63,989 nucleotides of DNA, filler included, from Thermoplasmatota archaeon (GCA_041623215.1; 9 parts of 9 records of this genome joined end to end with filler, not necessarily neighbours in it); one strand, 5' to 3'; positions 39,774-49,519 are shown, counted from the first letter of the whole stretch. The notes: a model not told the origin generated them from the letters alone. Program-made: numbers and translations.

Positions 39774-41486
39774 TTAAGCCGCACCGGCGACCGGCGCATC
39801 AGCGAAGTCCACCAGCGTGCCGCGCAGAGATTGCAGGTCGACCAGCGGCATTTTTGCCGGGTCGGGTGTAAAGTTCAGCATCTTCTGGTACAAGGTCTGG
39901 CTTTGCCACGTGCCGCAGTTGATGTTCATGACATTGCGGTAATGGCGGATGCCGGGCACATGCACGTGGCCGGTGACGAAGATGTCCGGCACATCACTGA
40001 TGACGAGGTGGTCGTGGTGCTCGGGTGCCAGGGGCGTTCGCTCGCCGTAAATGGGGGAGAGGTGCCGGCATTGGAGCATTTGCTCCATGGTTGCCAAGGG
40101 GTCTTCGTAGTCCAGGTGCGTGACACTGGTGGCAAAATCGATGAGGCTGAAGCCGTGGTACCCAAGCGTCAATACATCGTGCATGCGAAACCACGCCGGA
40201 TTTGCCACGAAATCGGTACCGTGGTGGTCGAAGGAGGTGCGAACCTCTTGGCTGAACGCTGGCTGGGGTTCGGCCGGCCGTGCAGCATCGTGGTTGCCGG
40301 GCTGCACAACAATCTGCAGGTGGTCCGGCAGGTGCTCCATCCAGCGCCCGAACTCAGCGTACTGGTCGTAAATGTCCCCGATGGTCAATTCGTCCTGCTG
40401 GCCCGGGTAGATGCCGATGCCATCAACAAGATCGCCCGGGATGATGAGATACTTGACTTGGCCGGCGGCCTGGCGGCCCCGACGGGAGTCTGCGTCGCCG
40501 CCGAGCCACTTGATCATGGCAGCAAAGTTGTCCGGCAGGAAGGTGTTACTACCGACGTGGATGTCCGATAGGAACGCGGCCGACAGGGGTACGTCGCTGC
40601 CTGACTTGCGCTGATTAAGGGGAACATCAGGTCGCACCAGCGACTCCACGAACAGCAGGTCGCCTTTGTTGCTGGCCGTTGCCACCACCCCAATCACTTC
40701 GTCGGGCACGAGGGTATCCGCGAAGGTTGTGAGCACCTTTTCGTCTGCCCGAACCAGGGCCGTGATCGTGCCGCTAGGGTCTTCCAATTCGATGCGGCGG
40801 TGGCCGTTTTTTGTGGTCGCCGTGGTTTCTACCATGGCAATGACGGCTACCTGTTGCTGGCCGGCTCGGATGCGCTCAATGGGAACCGCCGAGCGAAGCT
40901 CGCGCCGCTGCCGGAGCATTTTGCTGATTTGCTCGTAGCGGTCCTGAAAATAATCCACGAAGTCGCTCGTGGTGCCCTCGCAGGTGCTGTTGCCAGTCAT
41001 GTCGCTGACAACGTCCAGCCGCGCTTCGTGCTCCGCAGCCATCGGGCGCCAGTCGCTGCGGGGGCGAACTACCACATGGGTTGCCTCGGCGCCCAGCGTA
41101 CGGGCGTTGCGGGGCGCTTCCGGGTGAAGGTCTTCGCCGTGGTCCTCCACGACGTCATCGTCTTCGTCGGCGTCGGGTGCCGCTTGGGCGCCGTCGTAAA
41201 TGGCGGCAAGGGCTCCCTTGAGCGCTTGCTTGGCGGCTTGGCGGTCGGGGCTGGCGGCCGGCTGCGATTCGGCGGGTGTGCTGGCAGCTTCACGGGCGCG
41301 CGCCTCCAAGTCTTCCCACAAAGGCAGGTCCATGTGGAAGGGGACTTCGGATAGCGTGGCAAGCAGCGCCTGCGCGCGCGCCACAGGGTCACCGCCGCCG
41401 TCGGCCAGCAAATGGTCAAGCAGGATTGGGTCAAGAAGAGCGCCGTGGCTGTCGAACAAGGCGACTAACTCCCGGCGCGCATCCAT
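39774..41486 (-). CDS. DNA polymerase D small subunit DP1 (proofreading exonuclease)
   Basis: OB fold, SDIHVGS, GDLVDGIGIYPGQ, PGNHDA, YHG, HLSP.YG, TGHVH. Confidence 0.95.
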   Translation of the reverse strand: MDARRELVALFDSHGALLDPILLDHLLADGGGDPVARAQALLATLSEVPFHMDLPLWEDLEARAREAASTPAESQPAASPDRQAAKQALKGALAAIYDGAQAAPDADEDDDVVEDHGEDLHPEAPRNARTLGAEATHVVVRPRSDWRPMAAEHEARLDVVSDMTGNSTCEGTTSDFVDYFQDRYEQISKMLRQRRELRSAVPIERIRAGQQQVAVIAMVETTATTKNGHRRIELEDPSGTITALVRADEKVLTTFADTLVPDEVIGVVATASNKGDLLFVESLVRPDVPLNQRKSGSDVPLSAAFLSDIHVGSNTFLPDNFAAMIKWLGGDADSRRGRQAAGQVKYLIIPGDLVDGIGIYPGQQDELTIGDIYDQYAEFGRWMEHLPDHLQIVVQPGNHDAARPAEPQPAFSQEVRTSFDHHGTDFVANPAWFRMHDVLTLGYHGFSLIDFATSVTHLDYEDPLATMEQMLQCRHLSPIYGERTPLAPEHHDHLVISDVPDIFVTGHVHVPGIRHYRNVMNINCGTWQSQTLYQKMLNFTPDPAKMPLVDLQSLRGTLVDFADAPVAGAA

Positions 41487-41612
41487 GCCCACGTCGCGGC
41501 CATCCTAACGGTCGTCAAAAGGCTACGCCGCCGCCCATCGAGTGCGGGGTGCAAAGCGGTGCGCGGCGCGGGTCGAACGCTAGGCCGAGAGGCGCACCTT
41601 GCGGTTTGGCTG

Positions 41613-42239
41613 CTACAAGTTGGCTAGCCATGCCGCGACCGCATCAACGACGCGGCCGTTGTGGCTTGGCTCGAGAAAATGACCTGCGCCGGATAGGACC
41701 TCGATGGCGGCCTTCAGGCTGGCGGCGAGACGTCTTGCCTCCGCTGGTGTTACGAACTCATCCTGGTCGCCCACTATCACCAGCGCTGCCGTCGGGCGAA
41801 GGTTCGGGGCGTCTTGCAGGGGGGCCAGCGTTGATGCCGACACTTCGAGTGGCGTGCCCACCACGACGAGGCCCGCCACTTGCTCGCGGGTCGCCAGCCG
41901 GACGGCGACGCCGCCTCCGAAGCTATGTCCCAGCACGACCGGCGCGGCACCCCGGCATTGGTCTTGTAGCCAGGCAAAAGCTGCCTTGGCGTCCGCCACC
42001 TCTTCGTCGCCCTGCCCTTTCCCGCCATCGCTGCCCCCGACGCCCCGGAAATTGAAGCGCAGACAGCGATAGCCCGCCGCGGCGAGAGCCTTCCAGAGGT
42101 CGTATGTGAGGCGACTTCCCATGCTGCCCTCAAACAGGGGGTGCGGATGGAGCAACAAGACCGGCGGGCCGTCAACGGGACCTCGCAACCGCCCCTCGAG
42201 CGAACCAACTGGACCGGGGATGACGACATGCTCACTCAT
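41613..42239 (-). CDS. Alpha/beta-fold hydrolase
   Basis: HPHPLFEGSM, LRFNFRGVG, GHSFGG, GDQD, GHF. Confidence 0.9.
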   Translation of the reverse strand: MSEHVVIPGPVGSLEGRLRGPVDGPPVLLLHPHPLFEGSMGSRLTYDLWKALAAAGYRCLRFNFRGVGGSDGGKGQGDEEVADAKAAFAWLQDQCRGAAPVVLGHSFGGGVAVRLATREQVAGLVVVGTPLEVSASTLAPLQDAPNLRPTAALVIVGDQDEFVTPAEARRLAASLKAAIEVLSGAGHFLEPSHNGRVVDAVAAWLANL

Positions 42240-42269
42240 GGAACCTCTTGCCGCAATGCGGCTTGATGA

Positions 42270-42344
42270 CGGACGCGGCCGGATTCGAACCGGCGACCCC
42301 CGGCTTAGAAGGCCGGTGCAGTATCCAGGCTGTGCCACGCGTCC
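42270..42344 (-). tRNA. tRNA-Arg(TCT)
   Basis: GGACGCG/CGCGTCC, CCGGC-CTTCTAA-GCCGG, T-loop TTCGAAT. Confidence 0.93.
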
Positions 42345-42482
42345 AAACCGGCCACTTATCCTCCCCTGTTAGGGTTGCGCTTCCAAGGCGCTGCGGGGGT
42401 GGCGGGCGGGGCTGCCAATCACCTCACGCTTGCACAATACCACCGACGTGTTTAACTAAGGATGGAAACCGGTCTCTTGACC

Positions 42483-43061
42483 ATGCACCGCCGCATTCCC
42501 ACCCTCCGCATGTTTCTGACCGTCGCCGTCGCCGTTGCCATCGCCGTGCCTGTCGCCCTGACCGGGGCCTACGCCAGCCAAGACGACCCTGGGGCCGGGC
42601 AAACCTTCTCCGGGGACGGCTCGCAGGCGAGTGACGAACCTGAACGACCCGGCATGCATCGCTACCGAGGCTTCATCGATGTCTCGGCGCGAGCCGACGT
42701 CGGAACCCCCAGCCTCATCTTCAACGACCAAGAAGGTCGTGGCACCTACTTCGACATCGACGACTCCACCGGCGTCGTCTTCGAACTGGTGTGGGCCCCC
42801 GTCGACCCCTACCTCACCGGGGAGCGCGTTGACCTTCACTTGGATATTGACCACCCTGGTGGCCATGACGTTGGCATTGGTACCGGCACCGGTAGCCGCT
42901 CCGACCCCCTGACGTTCACGTACCTAGAACCCAAAGACGGCCGCTGGCACGCCCTAGCGGTCGCCGAAGATGCCGCTGCCCAACAGGAATACTACCTGTA
43001 CGTCAGCATCTTCCGCGACGGCCCCCCGCCCAGCGGTTACACCGTGTTCGATTACCTCTGA
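42483..43061 (+). CDS. Secreted hypothetical protein (beta-sandwich-like)
   Basis: Hydrophobic N-terminus; FELVW..VDLHL..GRW; TTTAAC upstream. Confidence 0.6.
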   Translation: MHRRIPTLRMFLTVAVAVAIAVPVALTGAYASQDDPGAGQTFSGDGSQASDEPERPGMHRYRGFIDVSARADVGTPSLIFNDQEGRGTYFDIDDSTGVVFELVWAPVDPYLTGERVDLHLDIDHPGGHDVGIGTGTGSRSDPLTFTYLEPKDGRWHALAVAEDAAAQQEYYLYVSIFRDGPPPSGYTVFDYL

Positions 43062-43393
43062 TCAAGACCTACACCCTCGCCCTCTTCCCCCTCGTTCCCT
43101 TGAATCACAACCACTTGCTGTTGTTGCTGTTGTTTCCCGGACGAGCCGCCGCTAACGGCTGCCACGATGGCACCGATGGCCCCCGTCATGACCAGAACGA
43201 CGGCCAGCAACACGAGGCCACCAAGCAGAATGGCCGCCGTAATCATGCCCTCCCAGTCCTCGTCACCCGGGCCATAACGGTCCGGCGCACAATCGCCAAT
43301 GCAGATGCCCCCGCCGTTCGAGGAGGATTGACTCGTGCAACCCGCCAGGAAGGCCGTCGAAACCAATAGCGCAAGCAGCAAGAAGCGGCCCAT
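43052..43393 (-). CDS. Small lipoprotein/membrane protein with poly-Gln tract
   Basis: FLAGC lipobox, CIGDC, TM helix, KQQQQQQVVVIQ. Confidence 0.6.
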   Translation of the reverse strand: MGRFLLLALLVSTAFLAGCTSQSSSNGGGICIGDCAPDRYGPGDEDWEGMITAAILLGGLVLLAVVLVMTGAIGAIVAAVSGGSSGKQQQQQQVVVIQGNEGEEGEGVGLDQR

Positions 43394-43490
43394 GGAAGAG
43401 CCGGGGTCAAAGCAACCCTTAACGCTTGCCGCCCACGCCTCGACGCCCGCCGATGCAGCAGAGACCGCCGTCTCGGCGAAGGATGAAAAG

Positions 43491-43564
43491 TGGGCCCCAT
43501 GCGATTCGAACGCACGACCTTCCGGTTATCAGCCGGATGCTCCACCAGACTAAGCTAGGGGCCC
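43491..43564 (-). tRNA. tRNA-Ile(GAT)
   Basis: GGGCCCC/GGGGCCC, TCCGG-CTGATAA-CCGGA, T-loop TTCGAAT. Confidence 0.94.
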
Positions 43565-43655
43565 TAAGGGCGCTCTTTGGAGCATCCGGCTGCGGTACCC
43601 CAATTTCTCCTGTTGGAGACGCGAGGTGCCCCGTACCGATGCCCCAGAGGACAGT
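43565..43655 (-). promoter_or_regulatory. Structured 5' leader of tRNA-Ile containing a 15-nt antisense-to-tRNA segment
   Basis: 43578-43592 is the exact reverse complement of 43530-43544. TATA-like CTTAAG at 43676-43681. Confidence 0.55.
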
Positions 43656-43909
43656 CCCGGCGACAATGACGCCGACTTAAGCACTACGGACGTGGGGCCT
43701 TGCCCCTCGTGGGTGCCCCATCATCGCCCTACCCTTGCCCGCGGCGGTCGCCTAGTCCTCGTGCCACCTGGCAAAGATGGGCTTCTCCGTCGGCCACGCC
43801 TGCGAGACGGCCAGCCCACCGGCCGACGCCCCCGGGGCCACCTAGCAAATGGTCCCAAACCACTAGGGCCCATTTGCCCCAACCGGCAACCATATCCGTG
43901 ACGGGGTCC

Positions 43910-44337
43910 AATAGAGAAGGGCGCACCCATGTGGTGCGTCAACCGGTGACGGACCCTTCGGGGAAACCGAACCGGGACCCAGAGGTAACGAAGGGTCACG
44001 CCATCCAACGGGAGAGCAGCGCGGCATACTCGCTGCCCCGGGCACGGACCGGAAACGGCACCGGCTCGGACCGAACCGGAGGGGCCACGGAAGCCTGCAA
44101 GGGCGACCGGCGGGCGCTGCGGCTTGTCCAATGCGTCTGACTGTAGGAAACCAGTCCACCTGATCCTGCTATCGCCTGGAGAAATCCAGGAAAGAACGGC
44201 CTTAGGGGGAAAAACCGCTGGAGCCCCAACGAAAGGACGGGCACAAGAGGCGCGTGTGGACCACCCCTGCCGCTGGGTGAACCGCACGATCACCTTTGGC
44301 CCGTGTGGGCGAGCCTTCCAGGCTCCGATGCTTTTTT
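43910..44337 (+). ncRNA. Putative large, highly structured non-coding RNA of unknown class (OLE-like candidate)
   Basis: No credible ORF; at least six GNRA-capped hairpins on the + strand, several 6-9 bp helices, terminal hairpin plus T6. Confidence 0.65.
44311..44337 (+). terminator. Hairpin plus T-tract ending the putative ncRNA
   Basis: GAGCCT-TCC-AGGCTC followed by TTTTTT at 44332-44337. Confidence 0.5.
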
Positions 44338-44361
44338 GCCGACGACCGAGTGGCCGAACCC

Positions 44362-44718
44362 ATGGTAACAGTCGGCGAAGGCGTCCTTGAGGAAGAGGCC
44401 TTCGCGGCCTTCGAGAGCCTGCGAACGTTTGACGCCGAAGGCGTGGCCCAGCAATTGCACGAAGGCTGCACGCTGCACGGTGGCTGGTTGGAAGTGCCCC
44501 TCGAAGGGCGCGAGGCCATCCAGGCCTACCTGGCCGAGCTGCTTGGAGACCCCGTCAAGCGCCCTAGTTTCAGCCTGCTGGATGCGAGCGGCGACGGCAG
44601 CGTGACGCGGCTGGCCCTATCCGTGAGTGGCCGGTTTGGCAAGGCGCCCCAGAAAGTACGCGTTGACATTTTGTCCCTCAAGGGCGCCATCCATCAGATT
44701 GTCGTTCGCGACGCGTAG
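44362..44718 (+). CDS. NTF2/SnoaL-like small protein
   Basis: FDAEGVAQQLHEGCTL..PLEGREAIQAY pattern; 118 aa. Confidence 0.6.
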   Translation: MVTVGEGVLEEEAFAAFESLRTFDAEGVAQQLHEGCTLHGGWLEVPLEGREAIQAYLAELLGDPVKRPSFSLLDASGDGSVTRLALSVSGRFGKAPQKVRVDILSLKGAIHQIVVRDA

Positions 44719-44772
44719 ACGCCTGGTGCCCCATGGGCAACGGTTAAGTTGCCGCAAGGGCCCTGAGGCGGT

Positions 44773-45306
44773 ATGGAATGGGTAAAGGTAGGTATGAGCC
44801 TCCTGGCGGTGGGGCTGTTCTTTGTTCCCGCTGAAGCCTCGCATGGCTGGCCGTCTGCCAAGTATTACTACGAGGATGGAGCCTTCTTCGACGCCTCGTG
44901 TGGCCCGGGCATCACCAATGCCATGTGTGCTGACGTACCCGCCGGGACCCAACTTATCCTGGTTGATTTCTACCAGCATGCCGGCATGCCAATCATGCCT
45001 CGGGTGGGCGCTGACCCGTACGACTTCAACGACCCTGTGACCGTCACAAACGATGACCGGCAATTTGTTTCCGGTGTGGTGACAATCCACCCGGCTACTG
45101 GCATTTCCTACAGTGAGCCGTTCTGCGGCGGCGCCAACATTGACCTCGCCTTGCGTGGCATCTATGATGCCACTTCGGTGAGCATCGCGTTCCGCAACGG
45201 TGGCATCGATGGCCCCGCCCACGACTGTAGCACCCTGGGTGGCCTAACGCTCGACGGCGCCAACGGCGACACGGGCTATGGCGAAATTCTCTTTCGGCAC
45301 TACTAG
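44773..45306 (+). CDS. Secreted hypothetical protein
   Basis: Signal peptide ending AEA-SH; four Cys; GTTAAG about 25 nt upstream. Confidence 0.65.
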   Translation: MEWVKVGMSLLAVGLFFVPAEASHGWPSAKYYYEDGAFFDASCGPGITNAMCADVPAGTQLILVDFYQHAGMPIMPRVGADPYDFNDPVTVTNDDRQFVSGVVTIHPATGISYSEPFCGGANIDLALRGIYDATSVSIAFRNGGIDGPAHDCSTLGGLTLDGANGDTGYGEILFRHY

Positions 45307-45413
45307 CCGGTAAGGGCCGTCCGCTTCGATTGGCAGCTAGCGCGAGCAAGGCACCGGCCGTCGCGAAGCATGGCATTTGGGGCCAGGGCAATGACAAGTC
45401 GTCGTGGACTTGG

Positions 45414-45531
45414 TCAGGGAGCTAACGCTGGTGCGTCGGCCTTTCCCAGCTGGCCAGAGCCAGCTTGCCCTTCCGCGTCCTTCTTCTCTTCGAACTCGGC
45501 GTCAACGACATCGTCGTCCGAGTCGGGGCCG
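45414..45531 (-). CDS. dnaK: C-terminal tail of Hsp70 chaperone (fragment)
   Basis: Minus-strand frame GPDSDDDVVDAEFEEKK...; DDVVDAEFEE is the DnaK terminal motif. Confidence 0.7.
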
Positions 45532-45631
45532 NNNNNNNNNNNNNNNNNNNNNNNNNNNNNNNNNNNNNNNNNNNNTTAATTAATTAANNNNNNNNNNNNN
45601 NNNNNNNNNNNNNNNNNNNNNNNNNNNNNNN

Positions 45632-47659
45632 ACTGCCACCAACCATGGCTCCACTGGCTTCGAACAATTCACCGTCCTTGGTGACGATTCGCACGCCACC
45701 CATCAGGCGGCGTCCGGCATTCATGTCTCGTGCGATGAGCGTGTCGCCAAAGACGTACCAGAAGGCGTTCTGGTAGCGCGGATTGTAATCCACCAGGTCG
45801 AGTGCAAAGCCATCGCAGCCATCCTGCTTGACCTTCATGAGGGCCTGGCCACGGGGCCGACCCGGGACCATTTTGTTGAGTGGCAGCAGCGTTGCGCGAC
45901 CCGCCCGGGCCGACTTGAGTAGCTCAATGCATTGGGCGGCAACGCCGTCATCCTCGACGACGATGGCTTGCATGCGGCCGCCGGCGGCCGTTTGCAAGGC
46001 GGTTTCGTAACCGGATTCAGCATTTGCCAACTCCGCAATGGTGCCGATAACGCCCTTGATGGCGCCGTTTTCCCGCGCTGCCAGGACCGTTTCCACTGCT
46101 CGGCCGAAGCCTCCCTTGGCGCGGTCCGCTGCGTCACGCTGGGCTTGCAATTCGGCCAATTCGCGAGTTTTGCGGCGAATCCGCTGCTCCAGGTCCTCGG
46201 CCTGCCGTGACAATTCAGCCTGTTCCTTCTCCAGCTCAAACAGCTTCTTGGCATCCGCCTTGCTGCCGCTGGCCGCCTTGGCTCGGGTGGCTAGTTCTTC
46301 CACGGCCACGGCCGCCTCAGCTACATCCGTTGCTGCCGCCTCAGCGTCGCTCGCTGCTGCTTCGGCGGCCTTTTCGGCCGTTTGTTGAGCTTCCTCCAAC
46401 CGGTTGCGCGCGAGTTCCACGTCATGCAGCTTCAGCTGGGTCGCCTCGAAGGTCTGTTTGAGCTTGGCTAGGTCGCGATTGATCCGCTGGGCCCCGTCGT
46501 CGCTGCGACTGATGAGGTCACGCACCCCATCCAATTCTTTTCTCCGCGCAGCTAATTCGATGGCTTTGCCCGCCTGGTCCTCCTCGGCCTTGCTGGCGGC
46601 ATCCTGCACGCGCTGGTGTTCCTTGGCCACGCGGCGGCGCTCCTCTTTGAGTGGTAGCAGGTCTTCCTCGCCATCCTGCAGGTGGCTGCGCGCATAGTTG
46701 ATTTTCTCTTCCAGGCGCACCATGTTGGTGCGAACGCCCTCGACCTTTTCTTGCAGTTCCTTGGCTTCGTCGCCGCCCTCCTCACGGATGCGGCGCTCTA
46801 GGTCCGCGAATTCTTGCTGCTTGGACCGAAACGCCTGCTCTTCGTCCTTGAGTTTCGCGCCAAGCGTCGTGCGCTCTTCCTGATACTTGTCAATCTGGGA
46901 TTGGACCTGGGCGATTTGCTCCTCAAGGTCCCGCTTGCGGCGCCATGCAGCGAGCCCTTTGGCTTCGCCAATTTGGGCGGTCAGGTCCCGGTGCTGTTGG
47001 GCCGCCTCTTTTTCCCGTTCCAGCGTCTTGAGTGTCCGTTCGATTTCTTCGAGGACAATGCCGATGCGCTCGAGGTTGGCCTCTACCTCGCCCCGGCGCT
47101 TGTCCGCCTGGCCAATATCGTTGTCAAATTCCGTTACGCCGGCAATGTTGTCCAGAATCTTGCGGCGCTCGACGTTGCTCATTTGACAAATCTGCAGCAC
47201 GTCGCCCTGCTGCGTAATGTTGTAGCCATCCGCGCTGATGCGGGCATGGTTCAACAGGTCAACGAACTCGCGCTTCTTGCTGGCGCGTCCATTGACGTAG
47301 AAATAGGACTTGTAGGCGTCTGGCTCGCCGCGCTTGGGCGCCCGTCGCACCTTACGGGTCAGCACCACATCGTCGGCATCCACTGGCATGACGCGGTCCG
47401 TGTTGTCAAACGTCAGCGAAACCAGGCATTCCTTGGCTGGTTTTCCTGCTTCACCGCCATTAAAAATCAGGTCCGTTAGCCGGCCTGCTCGAATGGCACG
47501 GGGCGAGTTGGGGCCCAGAACGAACAGAATCGCGTCTCCAATGTTTGATTTCCCAGACCCGTTGGGCCCGGTGATACCGGTGAAGCCGGGCTCGAAGGGC
47601 ACGGTAAGGCGCCGGCCGAACGACTTGAAGTTCTCCATGTGGACACTTTTCAGGTGCAT
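45632..47659 (-). CDS. smc: Chromosome segregation protein SMC (N-terminal half plus hinge; truncated)
   Basis: ENFKSF, GPNGSGKSN, QQGDV, coiled coil, hinge GRATLLPLNK..GELFEASGAMVGG. Confidence 0.96.
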
Positions 47660-47798
47660 GAGGGTCCCATCGTTTCGGGATGCGGCACGACCAGAACCCA
47701 TAGCTGCCGCTGGCTACAGCGGCTGACGGACGGGTCCGTAGCGTGCATCCTATCCCAAGATGCCACCCTGTTGCTCTCCTATAAGGCCTTGGAATCTG

Positions 47799-49445
47799 TT
47801 ACGCCCGCCCTTTGGGTGGCTCCGGCGGCGCTCCAGGCGCTGCGCGCATCTCGTCGCGGACATAGTCCAGCATGCGGGACGGGTGCACGAGGTCCATCGC
47901 TTGAGCCACTTCGTGGCGCCCCACCTGGCGAAGCGCCGCGAGGCCTGCTAGGTATAGGAGGCCAAGCGCCAAGCAAGCAGCCAACAATTCCCACACGCGG
48001 TCAATGCCACCAAAAGCCGCCCGCACGGCGGGTAATGCCATGGCAGCCACCGCAATGGCACCAGCCACCAGCTGTTTCACCACGCCGCGATGGAGCAGCC
48101 AAGCACCCACTTCACGGCGCGTAGCTACGCTAACAAGCAGGAAGCCCAGCACACCGGCGGCGAGTGTGGCCATGGCCGCCCCGGGCGCCCGCAGGCCCGC
48201 CAGGGGTACGCCAAGAATACTGGTGGGGATGAGCACCGTGTTGAGCACCAGATTGAGCACGGTCGTAATGACGGCCAGCTTGGCCAAAACGCTAGGTCGG
48301 TCAAATCCTTGCATGACGCTTCGATCAACCAATCCCAGTCCGTTGACAACGACGTATACCGCTAGTAATCGAACCACCGGCGCCGCCGGCAGAAAGCCGT
48401 CACCAACCAGAATATGGAGCAGTTGCCGAGGAAACGCCAGGAACGGAAGCGCCGAGCCGATGATGAGAATCCCCACGAGCCTGTGGGTACTGCGGGCCAC
48501 GGGAATGACGAGGTCTCGCCCGCCCCTGCTGGCCATTTCACTGATAAGTGGGAAAAAAATGCCGCCGACCAGGGTTGGGATGATGAGGATGAAGGAAATG
48601 AGGCGTTGCGCCCCATAGTAATAACCAACCTCCGTCGCCGACCAAAAATAGCCCAACATGACCCGGTCGACGGCCAAGGAAAGGGTGCCGATGACTCCCA
48701 CCAAGGCCAATGGCCTGGCAAACCGCCAGTAGTCGGACGCCATAGCCTTGTCAAAGCGCCCTGGTCGAAGCCCGAATCGCGCGAGCAATCCAACGGTCAG
48801 TAACAGGCTGCCGAGGACCGAAAGCGCGTAGGCTGCCAGGATGAGCGTTGCGCCATGCTCCTGGCTCCAGGGAACCGGGCCAGCCATCTCTTTTAACCAC
48901 CCCCCGAAGGCGGCGCCGCCCGGCAGCCATTCGCCGCGGCTCGCCCCGTACAGGAGGGCCACGGCCACAACGGCCGGCAAACGAATCACGTGTTCAGCCA
49001 GCACGGCCGCCTGCGTCCGAGCCGCCTGCTGTAGCCCTCGGAAGGTCGATAGCAGCATCTCTCGGATTTCCTGCAGGAAGAAGACGCCGCCCGCGGCCAA
49101 TAGCACCACCGCCGAAGTAGCATCATAGAATCCCTGGTATCGATTCCACCACCAGACCCCGGCGAAGAAGAGCGTCGCGTACGCCAGGATAGCGCCGCTT
49201 CGCAGCCACAAATGAGTCGCCATCGCGGCCGGCAGTAAACGGCCTTCCGACACTCGCTTAACATGGGCGTGGTCGAGGCCCATGCGGCCCACCATGGCCC
49301 CTAGAGTCACCGCCGCCAGGCCAAAGCCCACCATGCCGTACGGCTCCGGCCCCATGAAGCGGCCGATGGCCAACAAGGCGATGGCGCCACCTACGGCGCC
49401 GACCACATTGACCACGAATCCGAGCAAGGCCTTGCGCCCGAGCAC
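47799..49445 (-). CDS. Wzx/MOP-family oligosaccharide flippase
   Basis: GPEPYG, VDRVMLG..EVGYY, LNTVLIP..GAAMAT; 12-14 TM helices. Confidence 0.88.
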   Translation of the reverse strand: MLGRKALLGFVVNVVGAVGGAIALLAIGRFMGPEPYGMVGFGLAAVTLGAMVGRMGLDHAHVKRVSEGRLLPAAMATHLWLRSGAILAYATLFFAGVWWWNRYQGFYDATSAVVLLAAGGVFFLQEIREMLLSTFRGLQQAARTQAAVLAEHVIRLPAVVAVALLYGASRGEWLPGGAAFGGWLKEMAGPVPWSQEHGATLILAAYALSVLGSLLLTVGLLARFGLRPGRFDKAMASDYWRFARPLALVGVIGTLSLAVDRVMLGYFWSATEVGYYYGAQRLISFILIIPTLVGGIFFPLISEMASRGGRDLVIPVARSTHRLVGILIIGSALPFLAFPRQLLHILVGDGFLPAAPVVRLLAVYVVVNGLGLVDRSVMQGFDRPSVLAKLAVITTVLNLVLNTVLIPTSILGVPLAGLRAPGAAMATLAAGVLGFLLVSVATRREVGAWLLHRGVVKQLVAGAIAVAAMALPAVRAAFGGIDRVWELLAACLALGLLYLAGLAALRQVGRHEVAQAMDLVHPSRMLDYVRDEMRAAPGAPPEPPKGRA

Positions 49446-49519
49446 AAGCCGCCCAGCAGGACCGGCGATTTAGCCGCCTTCATCGCGTCGCCTTTATCCA
49501 GGTGCTTTCTGGCTTCGAC

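Noticed and set aside
42270..43564. Integrated element between tRNA-Arg and tRNA-Ile
   Set aside because: No integrase and no direct repeat of a tRNA 3' end; the only tRNA-matching sequence is inverted.
43700..44293. ORFs 43700-44140 (+) and 43721-44293 (-)
   Set aside because: Pro/Arg/Gly-rich translations with no motifs, typical of chance frames in GC-rich non-coding DNA.
43565..44340. RNase P RNA, SRP RNA, tmRNA or group I/II intron as the identity of the structured region
   Set aside because: By eye, neither strand shows GAGGAANNTCC/ACAGAA..CTTA, the SRP CAGG..GGAA..AGCA helix, tRNA-like ends, or a convincing domain V or P7. A covariance search is still needed.
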